Assembly (NCBI RefSeq): GCF_006345805.1
Contig: NC_043004.1
Span: 33,542,001-33,606,000 of the forward strand
Reading direction: 5' to 3'
Source of the DNA: Octopus sinensis
Lineage: Eukaryota
Length of the DNA: 64,000 bases
Of this stretch, positions 11,788 through 24,049 are shown one piece after another. How positions within the stretch are numbered: the stretch's first letter is position 1; each line of letters opens with the position of its first letter. A model generated the notes under the pieces. The model saw only the letters and a list, made by a program, of their open reading frames with translations. It was not told the origin of the DNA and made no database searches. The position numbers and the translations under genes were made by a program.

Positions 11788-13219
11788 GTAATTGTTGATA
11801 CCCCCCTTAGCTTGTTGCGTACATCCCTACAATCTGATATGGCATTATTTAATTTAAATAGTCATCTGGATATCATATTTAATGCATATGTAATGTCAAA
11901 AGGCCAGTTACTGCAGTATTTGTCCTGACTTAACTGGCCTATTGATATTGTATATACATTAAATATGATACACAGATGACTATTTAAATTAAATAATGCC
12001 ATATCAGATAGAATAAATGCACTAAATATCAACAGATGATAATTCATTGTAACACTGTCCATCAAGGATGCTTGGAGCAATTTAGCCTTTTAGGGATCTT
12101 TTCAATGACATGTACTCTTAGCTAAATACATGCTCATACGAAATTTGTCACTTCTGATAGAGAAAAAGTGAATAAAACATTTGCTGATGTTGTGAATAGC
12201 AACCCAGCTGAATAATAATCTGATACATGGAACAGAGGCAGAATTAGATTAAAACAGCTATCTATGTATCATACCTTATGTATAAACACTGTTGATAGGC
12301 CGGTTGCTGTGGTATTTGTCCAGAGATAACATCCCTTATGTGTTATGTATACTTGCTGTATCAAAAACATAATTAATATCAGAAGAGATAAAAATGCTTC
12401 TCAGCATTGCTCTGCTAGAGCACCAGATGCATTTTGGTCTTTGATGGGGAGAAGGGTGGCCTCTTAAAGGTACATGCTCACAACCAGCCACATGTCCAGA
12501 TAAGAATTCATCATTTCTGAGAAAAAAAAAATGCTATTAATGTTGCTGTTAAATTTGTGTTGTCTTTAAGGAGTTTTTAGAATTGGACAACAAAGAATAT
12601 AGTCAAATTTTTGCTGATGGTGATGGCAGCTAGAACTGTAAGTTTTATTGTTGTTGAGCACTCTCGTATATTCTTTGTGTTAGTAAGATTTGAAGGTAGC
12701 AGAATGTGGTAGTCTGAAAGAATCTGAATTGATATTGCAAGTCGGAAAGACAAATATGCCACCAGGCATGATTGTCTTGTGAAGAGGCTTTCTTCACAAC
12801 CATGCAATCTTAGGTTCAGTCCCACTGCATGTCATCTTGGGTAAATGACTTCTTTTATGGCCCTGGGCCAACCAAATACTTGTGAGCAGATTTGGTAGAG
12901 GAAACTGAAAGAAGCCCATTGTACATCTATATGTTTGAACTTGTCTCTTACCACTGATTGACAACAACTGTTGGGTTGTTTATATTCTTGTAGCTTAGCA
13001 GTTTGGCAAAAGCGAGTGATAAAATAAATACCAAGTTTTTCAAAATATCTGTACTAGCGTTGACTGTTTTGAAGGTGGCACCCAGAATAGCTGCAGTCTA
13101 ACAATTGAAACAAGTAAAAGATACAAGATGAAAGATATTGGCAAAAATTCCGAGTTCAATTCCAGGCAGTGCTCTGAATAATAATAATAACAATAACGAT
13201 AATAGTAATAATGATGATG

Positions 13220-13260
<41 letters not shown>

Positions 13261-13262
<2 letters not shown>

Positions 13263-13453
13263 GCTCATTGTATGTATTCCCAGATTACACAAGCAAATTC
13301 ACAGGTAAAATATGAATCTAAAAAAAATAAATAAATAAATAAATTCATGAAAACAACATCCATTCATGAATTTATTTATTTATTAATTTTTTTAAAATAC
13401 ATATTTTACCTGTAAATTTACGTGTGTAATCTGGGAATGCATACAATGAGCTT
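13261..13453. repeat. Foldback palindrome (~91-bp arms, 11-nt loop)
   Basis: AAGCTCATTGTATGTATTCCCAGATTACAC...TTCATGAA / TTCATGAA...GTGTAATCTGGGAATGCATACAATGAGCTT. Confidence 0.85.
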
Positions 13454-13523
13454 CTCTGCCCTAGGTGTACGGAAAACACTCGGCGAGAAACAGAAGGAAA
13501 TTTGAAGAGAGAAGGAAATAATA

Positions 13524-13571
<48 letters not shown>

Positions 13572-13579
13572 GTGATAAT

Positions 13580-13730
13580 AACATCGAAAAATACCTTAGG
13601 AATGAGAAACCAAGTTCGAAATTTCCCCAGGACACCTGATGAAAGTTGGAGGGTATATCAGCTGAAATGTGTTAACAACAAACAAGATGAGGACAAATAT
13701 CCGTCAAATGTAAACAATGTAAATAATGTA
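13580..13730 (+). mobile_element. PLE pseudo-LTR-type repeat with degenerate hammerhead (13631-13673)
   Basis: GACAC CTGATGA a AGTTG gagggtatat CAGCT GAAA t GTGTT (helix III/cleavage triplet deleted); family also at 62530-62640, 52410-52515(-), 2823-3006. Confidence 0.6.
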
Positions 13731-14433
13731 AAAACAGTGAGCTTGTTCAAATCACTCATAGCTTGATACTTAGGTATGAAGAATAGTGGCATAAACTGAA
13801 CTTATTTGAAAGTCAAGTAAGGGTTGGCAACTGGATAGGTTGCTAATTGCAGAGTTCAGCTTCACTAACTCTTGTCAAATCTATAACTGGCTCCACGCTA
13901 CCATAAGGAAAATATATATCATGGTGAGCTGGCAGAATGGTTAGCTTTACTTTCTGAGTTCAAATTCTGCTGAAGTTGGCATTACCTTTCATGCTGTTGG
14001 GGATCGATAAAATAAGTACCAGTTGAGTACTGAGGCTAATATAATTGACTCCCCCACCCTCCTAAAATTGCTGGCTTTACACCAAAACTTGAAATTCATA
14101 AAGGAAAGTAAATGTAAAAATGACAATGATGATGATGATGGAGATGATGCTGATGCTGATGATGATTAAAATAATGATGATGATGTCAATGATATTATAT
14201 TATCTAATGTATCCATCCATTCTTAGATGGTAGGGTACAATTCAAGGTACATTTGACTGTTATTTTTAACAGTCTACTTGACCACAAACAGGCTCTTATG
14301 CTGCTTTTTGCTAAGGCCATGTGACATGATGAAAATATATCTTAAAAATATATTTTAAATATATATATATATATGTATGTATGTGTATATATATATATAT
14401 TATATATATATATATATATACATATATATTTTA

Positions 14434-14454
<21 letters not shown>

Positions 14455-14465
<11 letters not shown>

Positions 14466-15021
14466 GAGGGCATTCTATATACATGCCAGAAGGCATTATA
14501 CATACATGCCAAACGCTAAGAGGGACAATCAGTCATTTCTACAAAAAATATTACTAATCCCACCGAATGCAATTTTTCAAAGTAAGACATTTAAAAATAT
14601 AGACCTGTATCACAGTGATTTCATACTTACGTAATCATCAGCAGGCCTGAATGTATTATAAATAAACAACGACCCTGCCCCGCTTAAGCCGATCAGCTAA
14701 CTGATCAACATCAACGAAGCACATGGGTGAGTTTACATATATTACATCCGGGTAAATGGCAAACTTTTACGAATTGCATTTCGGGAGAGGAAAAGTTTTT
14801 TCGGAATAAAAATTTAGCAATTAAGGACAACTATTTAATAAGGAAAACTTAACAAGAAATTGTCAGGTAGATAGCGTAAAAACCTCATAAGAGAAAAAAT
14901 TTCGAAAATAATTATTTCTTATTGAACATATTAATTTATATATAGAGGGCATTCTATATACATGCCAGAAGGCATTATACATACATGCCAAACGCTAAGA
15001 GGGACAATCAGTCATTTCTAC
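14455..15021 (-). mobile_element. 479-bp unit bracketed by identical 88-bp direct repeats and carrying a hammerhead (retrozyme-like / non-autonomous PLE derivative)
   Basis: 14455-14542 equals 14934-15021; HHR at 14602-14647; no ORF. Confidence 0.75.
14602..14647 (-). ncRNA. Type I hammerhead ribozyme, intact core
   Basis: - strand: GGCCTG CTGATGA t TAC gtaa GTA t GAAA TCAC t GTGA TA CAGGTC; helix I 6 bp, helix II with GNRA loop, quasi-palindromic helix III, AUA triplet. Confidence 0.8.
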
Positions 15022-15099
15022 CAGAGTAACAGGTTTTGTTGAATTTTCTGCTGCTTTGAATAAAGTATATATTTATATATATATATATATAATATATAT

Positions 15100-15130
<31 letters not shown>

Positions 15131-15195
15131 GTATATGTATATGGACTGCTAAATCCACAAGATTTTTTATTCTCTCTGTTTATTTCCTCGTGTTC

Positions 15196-15231
15196 CTTTC
15201 TGTTAAAGAGCCTAGGCTCGAAACATAAAAG
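15196..15231 (+). ncRNA. Degenerate hammerhead-like motif in a dispersed repeat
   Basis: CTTT CTGTTAA a GAGC ctag GCTC GAAA CA TA AAAG: helices I and II intact, core and helix III substituted. Confidence 0.35.
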
Positions 15232-15344
15232 ACTTTCTCACTTTCCTGACTGTCAAACTAATACACCTGCTTGTTGTTTATGCACTTGTCTTTGTCTTTT
15301 GCTTTTCTGTAAATTTCAACTATATATATATATATGTACATACA

Positions 15345-15380
<36 letters not shown>

Positions 15381-16717
15381 TTTATATGTATGTATGTATA
15401 TATGTTTATTGTGTTGATTTTAATAACCAGGTTTGGAAAAATATTTTGCTAAGTAAGTTTGCTTCTTACTAAGAATGTTGATTGGTTACACTATGTAACC
15501 ATTATTGGAATATGGTATGGCCATTCTAAAAGTGTTGCTCTTGCTAATTCCATTGTAATGTGATTTACTGCTTGGTTTATGGTTTGTCTCTGATACAAAT
15601 GTTTTTTATATTTTTGCCAGGTTTCTTTTATTATTTTCTTATTTAATTTCTTGATGTTGAATTTTATTTCTGTTGCGTGTGAGGTTGGCATGTTCTATTG
15701 AGGTTGGTTTCACTTTTTTTATCATCCACAGTTTCATTATTGTAATTTTGGTTAGATTTTTATGTTACCTGATGGGTTATGAGGTGTTTTTTTTTTCCTT
15801 CTTTCGTCAGCTTTTTCAGTTATTTTCTTGAATATATGGACTGCAGTATCTATGTTGGTGGTTTTCGTGCTGTTATTTGGTTGTTTTTTTTTTTTCCACA
15901 ATCTATAATATTGTTGCTTGGTACAAGTTGTTCATACTACATGGTTTTTGAAGTTGGTGTGATTGCTTTTATCTTTGTTGCCATCATCACCACAACCTCC
16001 ACCACCACCACCACCACCACCACCACCACCACCACCACCACCACAACCACCACCACCACCACCACTGCCGCCACTGCAGCTGCCATCACTGCCACTGCCT
16101 TCATCATCATTATCACCACTACTGCCACCACCACTATCACCATATACAAAATACCCTTATCACCATACACAAGCATGGAAAGGCACTAGCAGTGATATTT
16201 TGGTGTCAGAGAAACTTCTCAAAGAGACTGTCGCATCAAATAAATTTAATCATTTTTCAGGCAATATTTCTGGGTAGTAAAACATCACCTAGGTTGGTGC
16301 TTCTTTCACAGTTCTGAAATTGAATACATTTTAAAATATATTCTGATAGGGATTATTTCAGTTAAAGCTGAACCACAACTTAAGTATTAGTTTTAATCCT
16401 TTGTTTGAGAATTAATCTCATCAGTCATAAACTTGAGTTAATCCTGTCTTCTAAAAGCTGGAATTGTGCCTTTGAAATTTTAGCTAGTTTTGGAGTTCTG
16501 TGGATTTTCACTCACTCATTATTCATTCACTGACAAATTTAGACTACGTATATATATTTGTGGCTGTGTAGTAAGTTGCTTGTTTACCAACCACATGGTT
16601 CTGGGTTTAGTCCCACTGCATGGCAACTTGGGCAAGTATCTTCTACTATAACTTCTGGCTGATCAAAGCCTGTGAGTGGTTTTGGTAGGCGGAAATTGAA
16701 AGATGACTGTTTTATAT

Positions 16718-16764
<47 letters not shown>

Positions 16765-17060
16765 TGGCAGAGTGGGTCTAAAAATATTGGTTGCCAGGAC
16801 ACTAAAGGGGCCCACCCACAACTACAAGGAGGCCTGCAACTACAATGCTATCATTTAGTTTTTGCTTTTTTTGTTAAAAGTATTTTTTCAACTATCTGCA
16901 AACCCAACCAGAGGCTATAGTAGAAGACACTTGCCCAAGCTGCCATGCATATATATATATATTATTATTATTATTATTATTATTTTTAAATTTCAGGGTA
17001 GTAAAATATTATTTAGAAATTTTTTACCACCGTGGCCTAGCGTGTAGAAAAACTAATCAA

Positions 17061-17371
17061 TATATACAATGTACATTTAAACACATAAAAGATGGCCATA
17101 ATCGGACATCTAAACCCCTAGAAGGAGTAGTTAAAATCTAAAAACCACAATTAGGGGTAATTTTGAAGGGGAATGAAAAAAAAAATATTTACCATGGTTT
17201 GCTGAAGATTGCTCGAAACCTTGGTCCAAGAAATAGATAGTAAATGTTTTTTTATTTTTCATTCTCTATCGAAATTACCCCTAATTGTAGTTTTGGATTT
17301 TTACTACTTCTTCTTGCTGTTTAGCTGTCTGATTATGGCCATCTCTTATGTGTAAATGTACACTGTCTATA
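17061..17371. repeat. Foldback element (~130-bp arms, ~80% identical) with hammerhead-like motif in the loop
   Basis: 17061-17191 vs 17241-17371 inverted; loop has TTTG CTGAAGA ttgctc GAAA CC tt GG TC CAAG at 17198-17230. Confidence 0.7.
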
Positions 17372-17559
17372 TATATATATATATATATAATAATGATAAT
17401 AATAATAATATTAGGGAGTATAATAGTGGTTTTTCTATATATATATATTATATATATATATATATATATAAATATAATAATAATATTAGGGAATAAATCC
17501 AAATTTACAAGGAAAAATCAGATTTAAGATTGAATCCAATTTTATAATAAAATATTATA

Positions 17560-17861
17560 TTATAATAAATTAGAGACAAAACCACTATTATGCAAATAAA
17601 ACAAAGAAAGACTTAAGCCAATACATAAAATAATTTATATAAATTAAAATTTAACAAATGAATAACCACTACGATCGTTTCGTGTCAGCACATCTTAGAC
17701 ATTCTTCAGGTGGTTTCTAAACCTTCTTAGCGAGTTATAAACTATGACGTAGTGGTTATTCATTTGTTAAATTTTAATTTATATAAATTATTTTATGTAT
17801 TGGCTTAAGTCTTTCTTTGTTTGATTTGCATAATAGTGGTTTTGTCTCTAATTTATTATAA
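17560..17861. repeat. Young foldback element, 114-bp arms with one mismatch, 74-nt spacer
   Basis: 17560-17673 vs 17748-17861 inverted. Confidence 0.9.
17664..17715 (-). ncRNA. Type I hammerhead ribozyme with palindromic helix III
   Basis: - strand: AACCAC CTGAAGA a TGTC taagatgtgct GACA c GAAA CGATCG TA GTGGTT; helix I 6 bp, ACGATCGT palindrome, GUA triplet. Confidence 0.75.
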
Positions 17862-18635
17862 TATATATAAATATATATAAGTGCAAATATGATTGTGTGC
17901 TTAAGAAGTTTGCTTCTGAACTGTATGGTTCCAGATTCCATCCCACTGTGTGCTTCTAATGGTAAGTGTTTTCTGCTATAGCCTACAGTTGACCAAAACA
18001 TTGAAATTGAATCAAGTTCATCTTATATCTGTGTGTGTTGATGTGGCCGTTTGTGTCTCCTTGTCTTCACTTTTTGGTACAGCTGTAAATGAGTTTCATT
18101 TGTTGACAATCTTCTGTGAAAATATGTGTGGTCATAGGGAAATGTTAGCTTGCTTCAGAACAAGTGTGGGTTGGCAACAGGAAAGGCACCCAGTTCTAGA
18201 AAAATCTGCGTTCAATGAATGCTGTCTGACTCATGCATGCATGGAAAGGGGATAGGACCGAGATATGTGGTGTATTGCTACAACAGAATCGAAATTCTAA
18301 AACCAAATTACAACATAAAAAGTACCCTGTGCACTCTGTAATGTGGTTGTCATTAGGAAGAGCATCTAGCTGTATAAACCAAGCCAAAAACAGACATGGA
18401 GGTTGGTGCAGCCTCTGGACTTGCCAGTTCATGTGAAGCCATCCAACCTTTGCCAGCATGGAAAACAGATGTTTAAATTTTGATGATGATGATGATGACG
18501 ATGATGATGATGATGATGGGGATGATGATAATGGTAATGATGATGATTATATATATATATATATTATTTTTATGTATATATACAGAGAGAGAGAGAGAAA
18601 AAAATTACGAGATATAAATATATAGATACACATAC

Positions 18636-18680
<45 letters not shown>

Positions 18681-20906
18681 TCTGCTAGTTACTGACTGGT
18701 TTAGATAATTCTTTCTTATCATAAACAGAAGACTCGCATATTTTATTGGCAACAATAAAAATGGGATGATATCAGCTTTAAATTGTTGATAAAACACTGA
18801 AGTTCTACCAAAACTAATAAGAGATCTTTTAAATATTTATTTATCAGTGTCTGTGTTATTGATCTACTCAAGCAGAGCTGACCTACTACAATGGCTACGC
18901 AAAGATCTATATAAAAACATTGGCACATAATACACATTAGCAAAGTAAATTTCCATACATCTGCACAACATGCTCATAGTAGCTATCAAATTTCCTTTGG
19001 CTTGCTCGCCCACTGTCTATGCAATGAGGGGACTATGAAAGTCTCCAAGACAAAGATATAAGAACTGCAGATAGAATTACTGAATAAATGACTCAATCAA
19101 TTGCCATTGTCCCATTAATTTGCTGCAGTTGAGACGACCAGAGTTGTTCAAGAAAAACGAGTATTCAAGAGAGAAACCAGCAACACAAGATACATTAACA
19201 CAACAACCATGTATAAGTACAGGCATGGCTGTGTGGTTAAGAAGTTTGTTTCCCAAACATATTTGTATACACTATAAATACACATATACACATATACACA
19301 CTACTCTATCAAGTTAAGGCTGTTTCAAGTGCTTATATCAATTTAATTCTAGCCTGGCAAGCCTTCACACAAATCAATAAACGTTTGTTTACCAATATCT
19401 TTATCAGAACATGCATTATTTTGTCTTAACTCAAAATGTCTCAGGTATTTGCCACTGAGGAAACCAAATCAGTTTGAAACACCAGTGTCTGGTGATCCTT
19501 AGGTGTTATGAGCAAAACCTTTTGTTTTTAGCACATAAGTCTAGTGTAATGCAGTCTGGTATTTAAATTTAAGGCCTTTTCAATTGCTTGTTTATATTTC
19601 ATTCTAGCCTCTCTTAGAATTCAGAAAATTCTTTATCAAAACAAGCCTTTTTTGGCATAGCTCAGAATATTCAGTGTGTTTCCCAATGAGAAAACCAAAT
19701 CAAATTGAAGCAGTATATCTGGTGATCTACCAGAGTTGTAAGCAAATCCCTATGTTTTTAAGGCACGGGTCTCTTTAAGAAGTTTCACTGAGACACAATA
19801 TCACAGCTAGTATTACTCCACATTTGTATATACATTATTAATGTTATGCATACTAGTATTTTAATCCAAGGCTGTTTCAAATGCACATATTGTTCTTTTG
19901 AATATTTTTTTCCTTATAAATCTGTCAAAGCTTTTTTTATTCATACCAAAATACTGAATTCCAAATGAAAGAATCAGTCATAATATATCCATGAGCGAAA
20001 TATTACACAAAAATGTAATGTGAAGATAACTCAACAGAAATCAAACTTAAAAGTCTATGTTCTGCGACCTTCTATATATAGAAAGAAAGATAGCTATCAT
20101 TTTGAAAAGCGTCTCTATATATATGATATCGCTTCTCTCCAGACACACCAAAACATTTCCTTTTTGCCTGCAAACTGGAATAATTCTTTTTATTTTTCCA
20201 ATAGAAAGTCAAAGTCCCTTAAGACTTTATATATAACAGAAAAGAGTCTCCAATTTATGAATGTTAATTCACCCATTTTAATGTAAATTGTGGACAGACA
20301 TGAAGTTTCTTAAGGATATATTTGGTGCATCCTTAAGTGATGTCCATATAGATAAGGATCATAAACTCAAAATTTGCATACCTGATATTAAGTAGTTAGA
20401 AGAAAAAAATTCCTTTATTTCTTCACTGATTCTATAAATTTTTAGCTTAACAGAAATGTAAATATGATGAGTATCAGAGGGTTATGAGGTAAGAGTATTA
20501 TTAAGAGAAAAAAAGAAGTGAAGATGATAAAGACAGCAGACAGTTGGGCTGTGTGCCCAAGTGTACTGAGTTTAAATTAGAATTCAGTATTTTTATTTTT
20601 TATTTTCCTCTATTTGATAAAGAGGGAGAGAAAGAAGTAGGGAAGGACAAAAAGTCAGACAGAGAAACAATTACACACGCACACACACACACACAGATGC
20701 AGGTGTGCAGACTCACACACACACACCACACACACACACACACATTCACACACACATACATACATGCATACAAATATATGTATATATATGTGTGTATATA
20801 TATATATATATATGTGTGTGTGTATATATATATATATATGTGTGTGTGTATATATATATATATATATGTGTGTGTGTATATATATATATACGTATATATA
20901 TATATA

Positions 20907-20956
<50 letters not shown>

Positions 20957-20957
20957 G

Positions 20958-21003
<46 letters not shown>

Positions 21004-21389
21004 GTTTTGTTTTGGCACAATGCAGAATAATTGGGTCTTGAATAAAAATTAAATTATACATATTGTATTTATTAGTATATTTAATTAAAAAAACTGAAGA
21101 AAAGAAACCATTATTGTGATGGTTATTCTGTATATTTCATCATCATCATTTTTACGTCTTCCTTCCATGCTGGCATGGGTTGGGTGGATAGATATGATCT
21201 GCAATATTTCTGAGCTACAATCCTCGTGGAGTTGACAGACAATGTCCCACTCAAGACATTCCAATTTTGGTATGGTTTCTACAGCTGGATGACCCTTCCA
21301 AAACAACAAACACTTCACAGACAGCCCTGGGTGCATTTTATCATAACACTTGCACTGGAGTGGCAATGATCTCTCTGCTTTCTTTGTTA

Positions 21390-21391
<2 letters not shown>

Positions 21392-21479
<88 letters not shown>

Positions 21480-21680
21480 GTCATCATCGTCATCATTGTC
21501 ATCATCGTCGTCATTGTCGTCATCATCATCATCGTCATCATTGTCATCATCATCATCATTGTCATCGTCGTCGTCGTCGTCATCATCATCGTCATCATCA
21601 TCGTCATCATCGTCATCATCGTCGTCATCGTCGTCATCGTCATCATCATCATCATCATCACCATCACCACCATTCACATC
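21392..21680. repeat. Compound (CAT)n/(CGT)n microsatellite
   Basis: Directly visible; continuous with the (CAT)n tail of a - strand RTE-tail copy. Confidence 0.9.
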
Positions 21681-22189
21681 ATCCTCGTTTAACGTCCATT
21701 TCCATGCTGTCATGGGTTGAAGAGCCGGTGAGCCAGAAGATTGCACCAAGCTGCAATGTCTCCTTTGGCCTGGTTTCTATGACTGGATGCCCTTCAAAGC
21801 ACTGACCACTTCACAGAGTTTACTGGGCACCCTTTACATGGCAGATCATAATTTGTAAGCAATAGCTTTGTTCTTTAACATGTTTCCAGTGAGCCAATCA
21901 CTAGTTTTCTATGAGGTAGGAGTGAGAAATGAGTGCTGATAACTCGATGCTGAACAAATATGACATACAATCCATAAAATTCAGAAAATAGCAATGTCTG
22001 ACTATACACAAAACCATGAGTAAATTAATAATAAAAATGATATCCTTTAATCTATAATTATTTACTTGTGATTTGATCTGATAAACTTATTGATCTAATA
22101 TTCTGGATCTTTTGACCGTTTTATATTTGCAATATGGACACAGTTCTAAAACTGAAAAATAATGTTTTCATTAAGCCTTTTATCTATTA

Positions 22190-22580
22190 CTAGCAGTATC
22201 ACCCGGCGTTGCTCGGGTTTGTTTCGACCCTTTAGAATTGGAATTTTCGCAAAGTAAAAATTTTGCATTATGTAGCTTGTTATACTCTTTAAGTGAACAT
22301 TTTTATGGTTGAAATACACCGAAAGATGGTGACACAGCAGTCAAAAAATTATTAAAAAATAGGGATTTTCATAGAAAAAAAGCACCTTTTTGATGTAAAT
22401 AATTTTTGGTGTTAACATGGTCCAATTTGAATTTTTTCTTCTACGGAAGGAAGAACAAGCCTTCTTCTATGATACTCTCAATTTTGGTCAACTTGCATCT
22501 CAGGGTCTAGGAGGAGATAGTGTTAGTTGAAGGCTACCAAACCTGCCATACACAGACAACTTCAGCTTTATATATAGAGA
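22190..22580 (-). mobile_element. Non-autonomous Helitron (391 bp)
   Basis: - strand A|TCTCTATATATAAAGC ... CCCGAGCAACGCCGGG hairpin (22202-22217) ... CTAG|T; canonical TC start, CTAG end, AT target. Confidence 0.8.
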
Positions 22581-23459
22581 TTATAATATCTGTTAAATTT
22601 GGTCTGGTCAGTGAAATGGTAAAGCTATGTATGTCAGCCAAAATACCGAATTGGTATTTCTTCCAGTTTTTCCTACTTTGATTCCAAATTTTGCCGAGGT
22701 CAACTTAGCCACTCATGATTAAGTGAAATAACAGTTAAGTTTTCCTGTCAATTTAATCAGCTTCTCTCCTCACAATAAAATTACAGGCTTTGTCCCTCAA
22801 TGAAAATTTATAACATTTGGCTTAACTCATATATCATCCTCATCCTCATCACCACCATCATCATCATCATCATTATTTATCATCCACTTTTCCATGCCTG
22901 CATGGCTCACACAGAATTTCCTGAGGCAGCTTTTTTTATGGCTGGATGCTCTTCCTGTCACTAACCCTCAAGCAAGATGATATTTGCTATGGTCAAACAA
23001 ATTTTCTATGGAAGACTGGAAATGAAAAAATCGCTCATATGTCAGTGATGGTCACTACCATCACCACATGATGTCAAGACAAGGACACACACACACACAC
23101 ACAAGCACACATACACACACCACACATACACACACACACTATACACACACACAATACACACACACTATACACACACACACTATACACACACACACTACAC
23201 ACTCACATACACTACATATATGCACTACACACACACACACTACATATGCATACTACACTCACACACACTACACACACTACACACACACACACACACACAA
23301 CTGATGTCTTTCAGTTTCTGTCTACCAAATGTACTCACAAGGCTTTGGTCAGCCTGTGGCCAAAGTAGAAGGCCTTTGGCTGAGATGCTGAGCAATGGGA
23401 CTGAACTCAAGGCTAAATGGTTGAGAAGCAAGTTTGTCAATCACACACCCACAACTGTT

Positions 23460-23835
23460 AATTACCTCCACCTTAGCGAAAGCTGAGGTAATGTATTTAG
23501 TTGTGTTTGTTTGCTTGTTTGACTGTGGACAAGATATCTCAAGAACTGCTGGTTGGATACGGATGAAACTTTCAGTGATGTTTGGCCTTGTAACTGGTAT
23601 GACCTGATTAGATTTTGGGATCAATCTGGTACCAGACAAAGATTCTGGATTATTTTTCCTGTTTTTTTACTTAAGTTTTGAGAGTGGTCAGGTTCATTTT
23701 TATTATTCTTGTTTGTGAGAGCAGTTGAGTATATTTTAGATATTCCCATTTCAAAAATCATCTCTGGCTAATCGTTGAGAGGATGTTGGTGTTGCCTTGG
23801 CAGAGGTTTTCTCTCTCTGAATGCTCTTGTTTTTT
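23460..23835 (+). mobile_element. Helentron-associated non-autonomous element (DINE-1/HINE-like)
   Basis: 5' TTACCTCCACC...GAGGT, short GTTT repeat, 3' subterminal inverted repeat GGCAGAGGT, degraded stem-loop, T-run end. Confidence 0.55.
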
Positions 23836-23856
23836 TATATTTTAATGATTCTATTG

Positions 23857-24049
23857 TTCTGTTGTGTCTGGGGAGAGTCATTTTCTTTTTGTACCTTATA
23901 ATATAACACACTCACTGGTAAAATTTCCATTTTTCTTCTTATTTTTATAAGAAAAATAAGAAAAAATAAGAAAACAGTGGAAATTTTAACGGTGAGTGTG
24001 TTATATTATAAGGCACAAAAAGAAAATACTCTCTCCAGACACAACAGAA
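23857..24049. repeat. Foldback palindrome (~193 bp)
   Basis: TTCTGTTGTGTCTGG...TTATAATATAACACACTCAC / GTGAGTGTGTTATATTATAA...CCAGACACAACAGAA. Confidence 0.85.

Noticed and set aside
20300-20395. Protein-like short frame MKFLKDIFGASLSDVHIDKDHKLKICIPDIK
   Set aside because: Weak splice signals, no recognisable homology, and includes an inverted repeat; may be chance.
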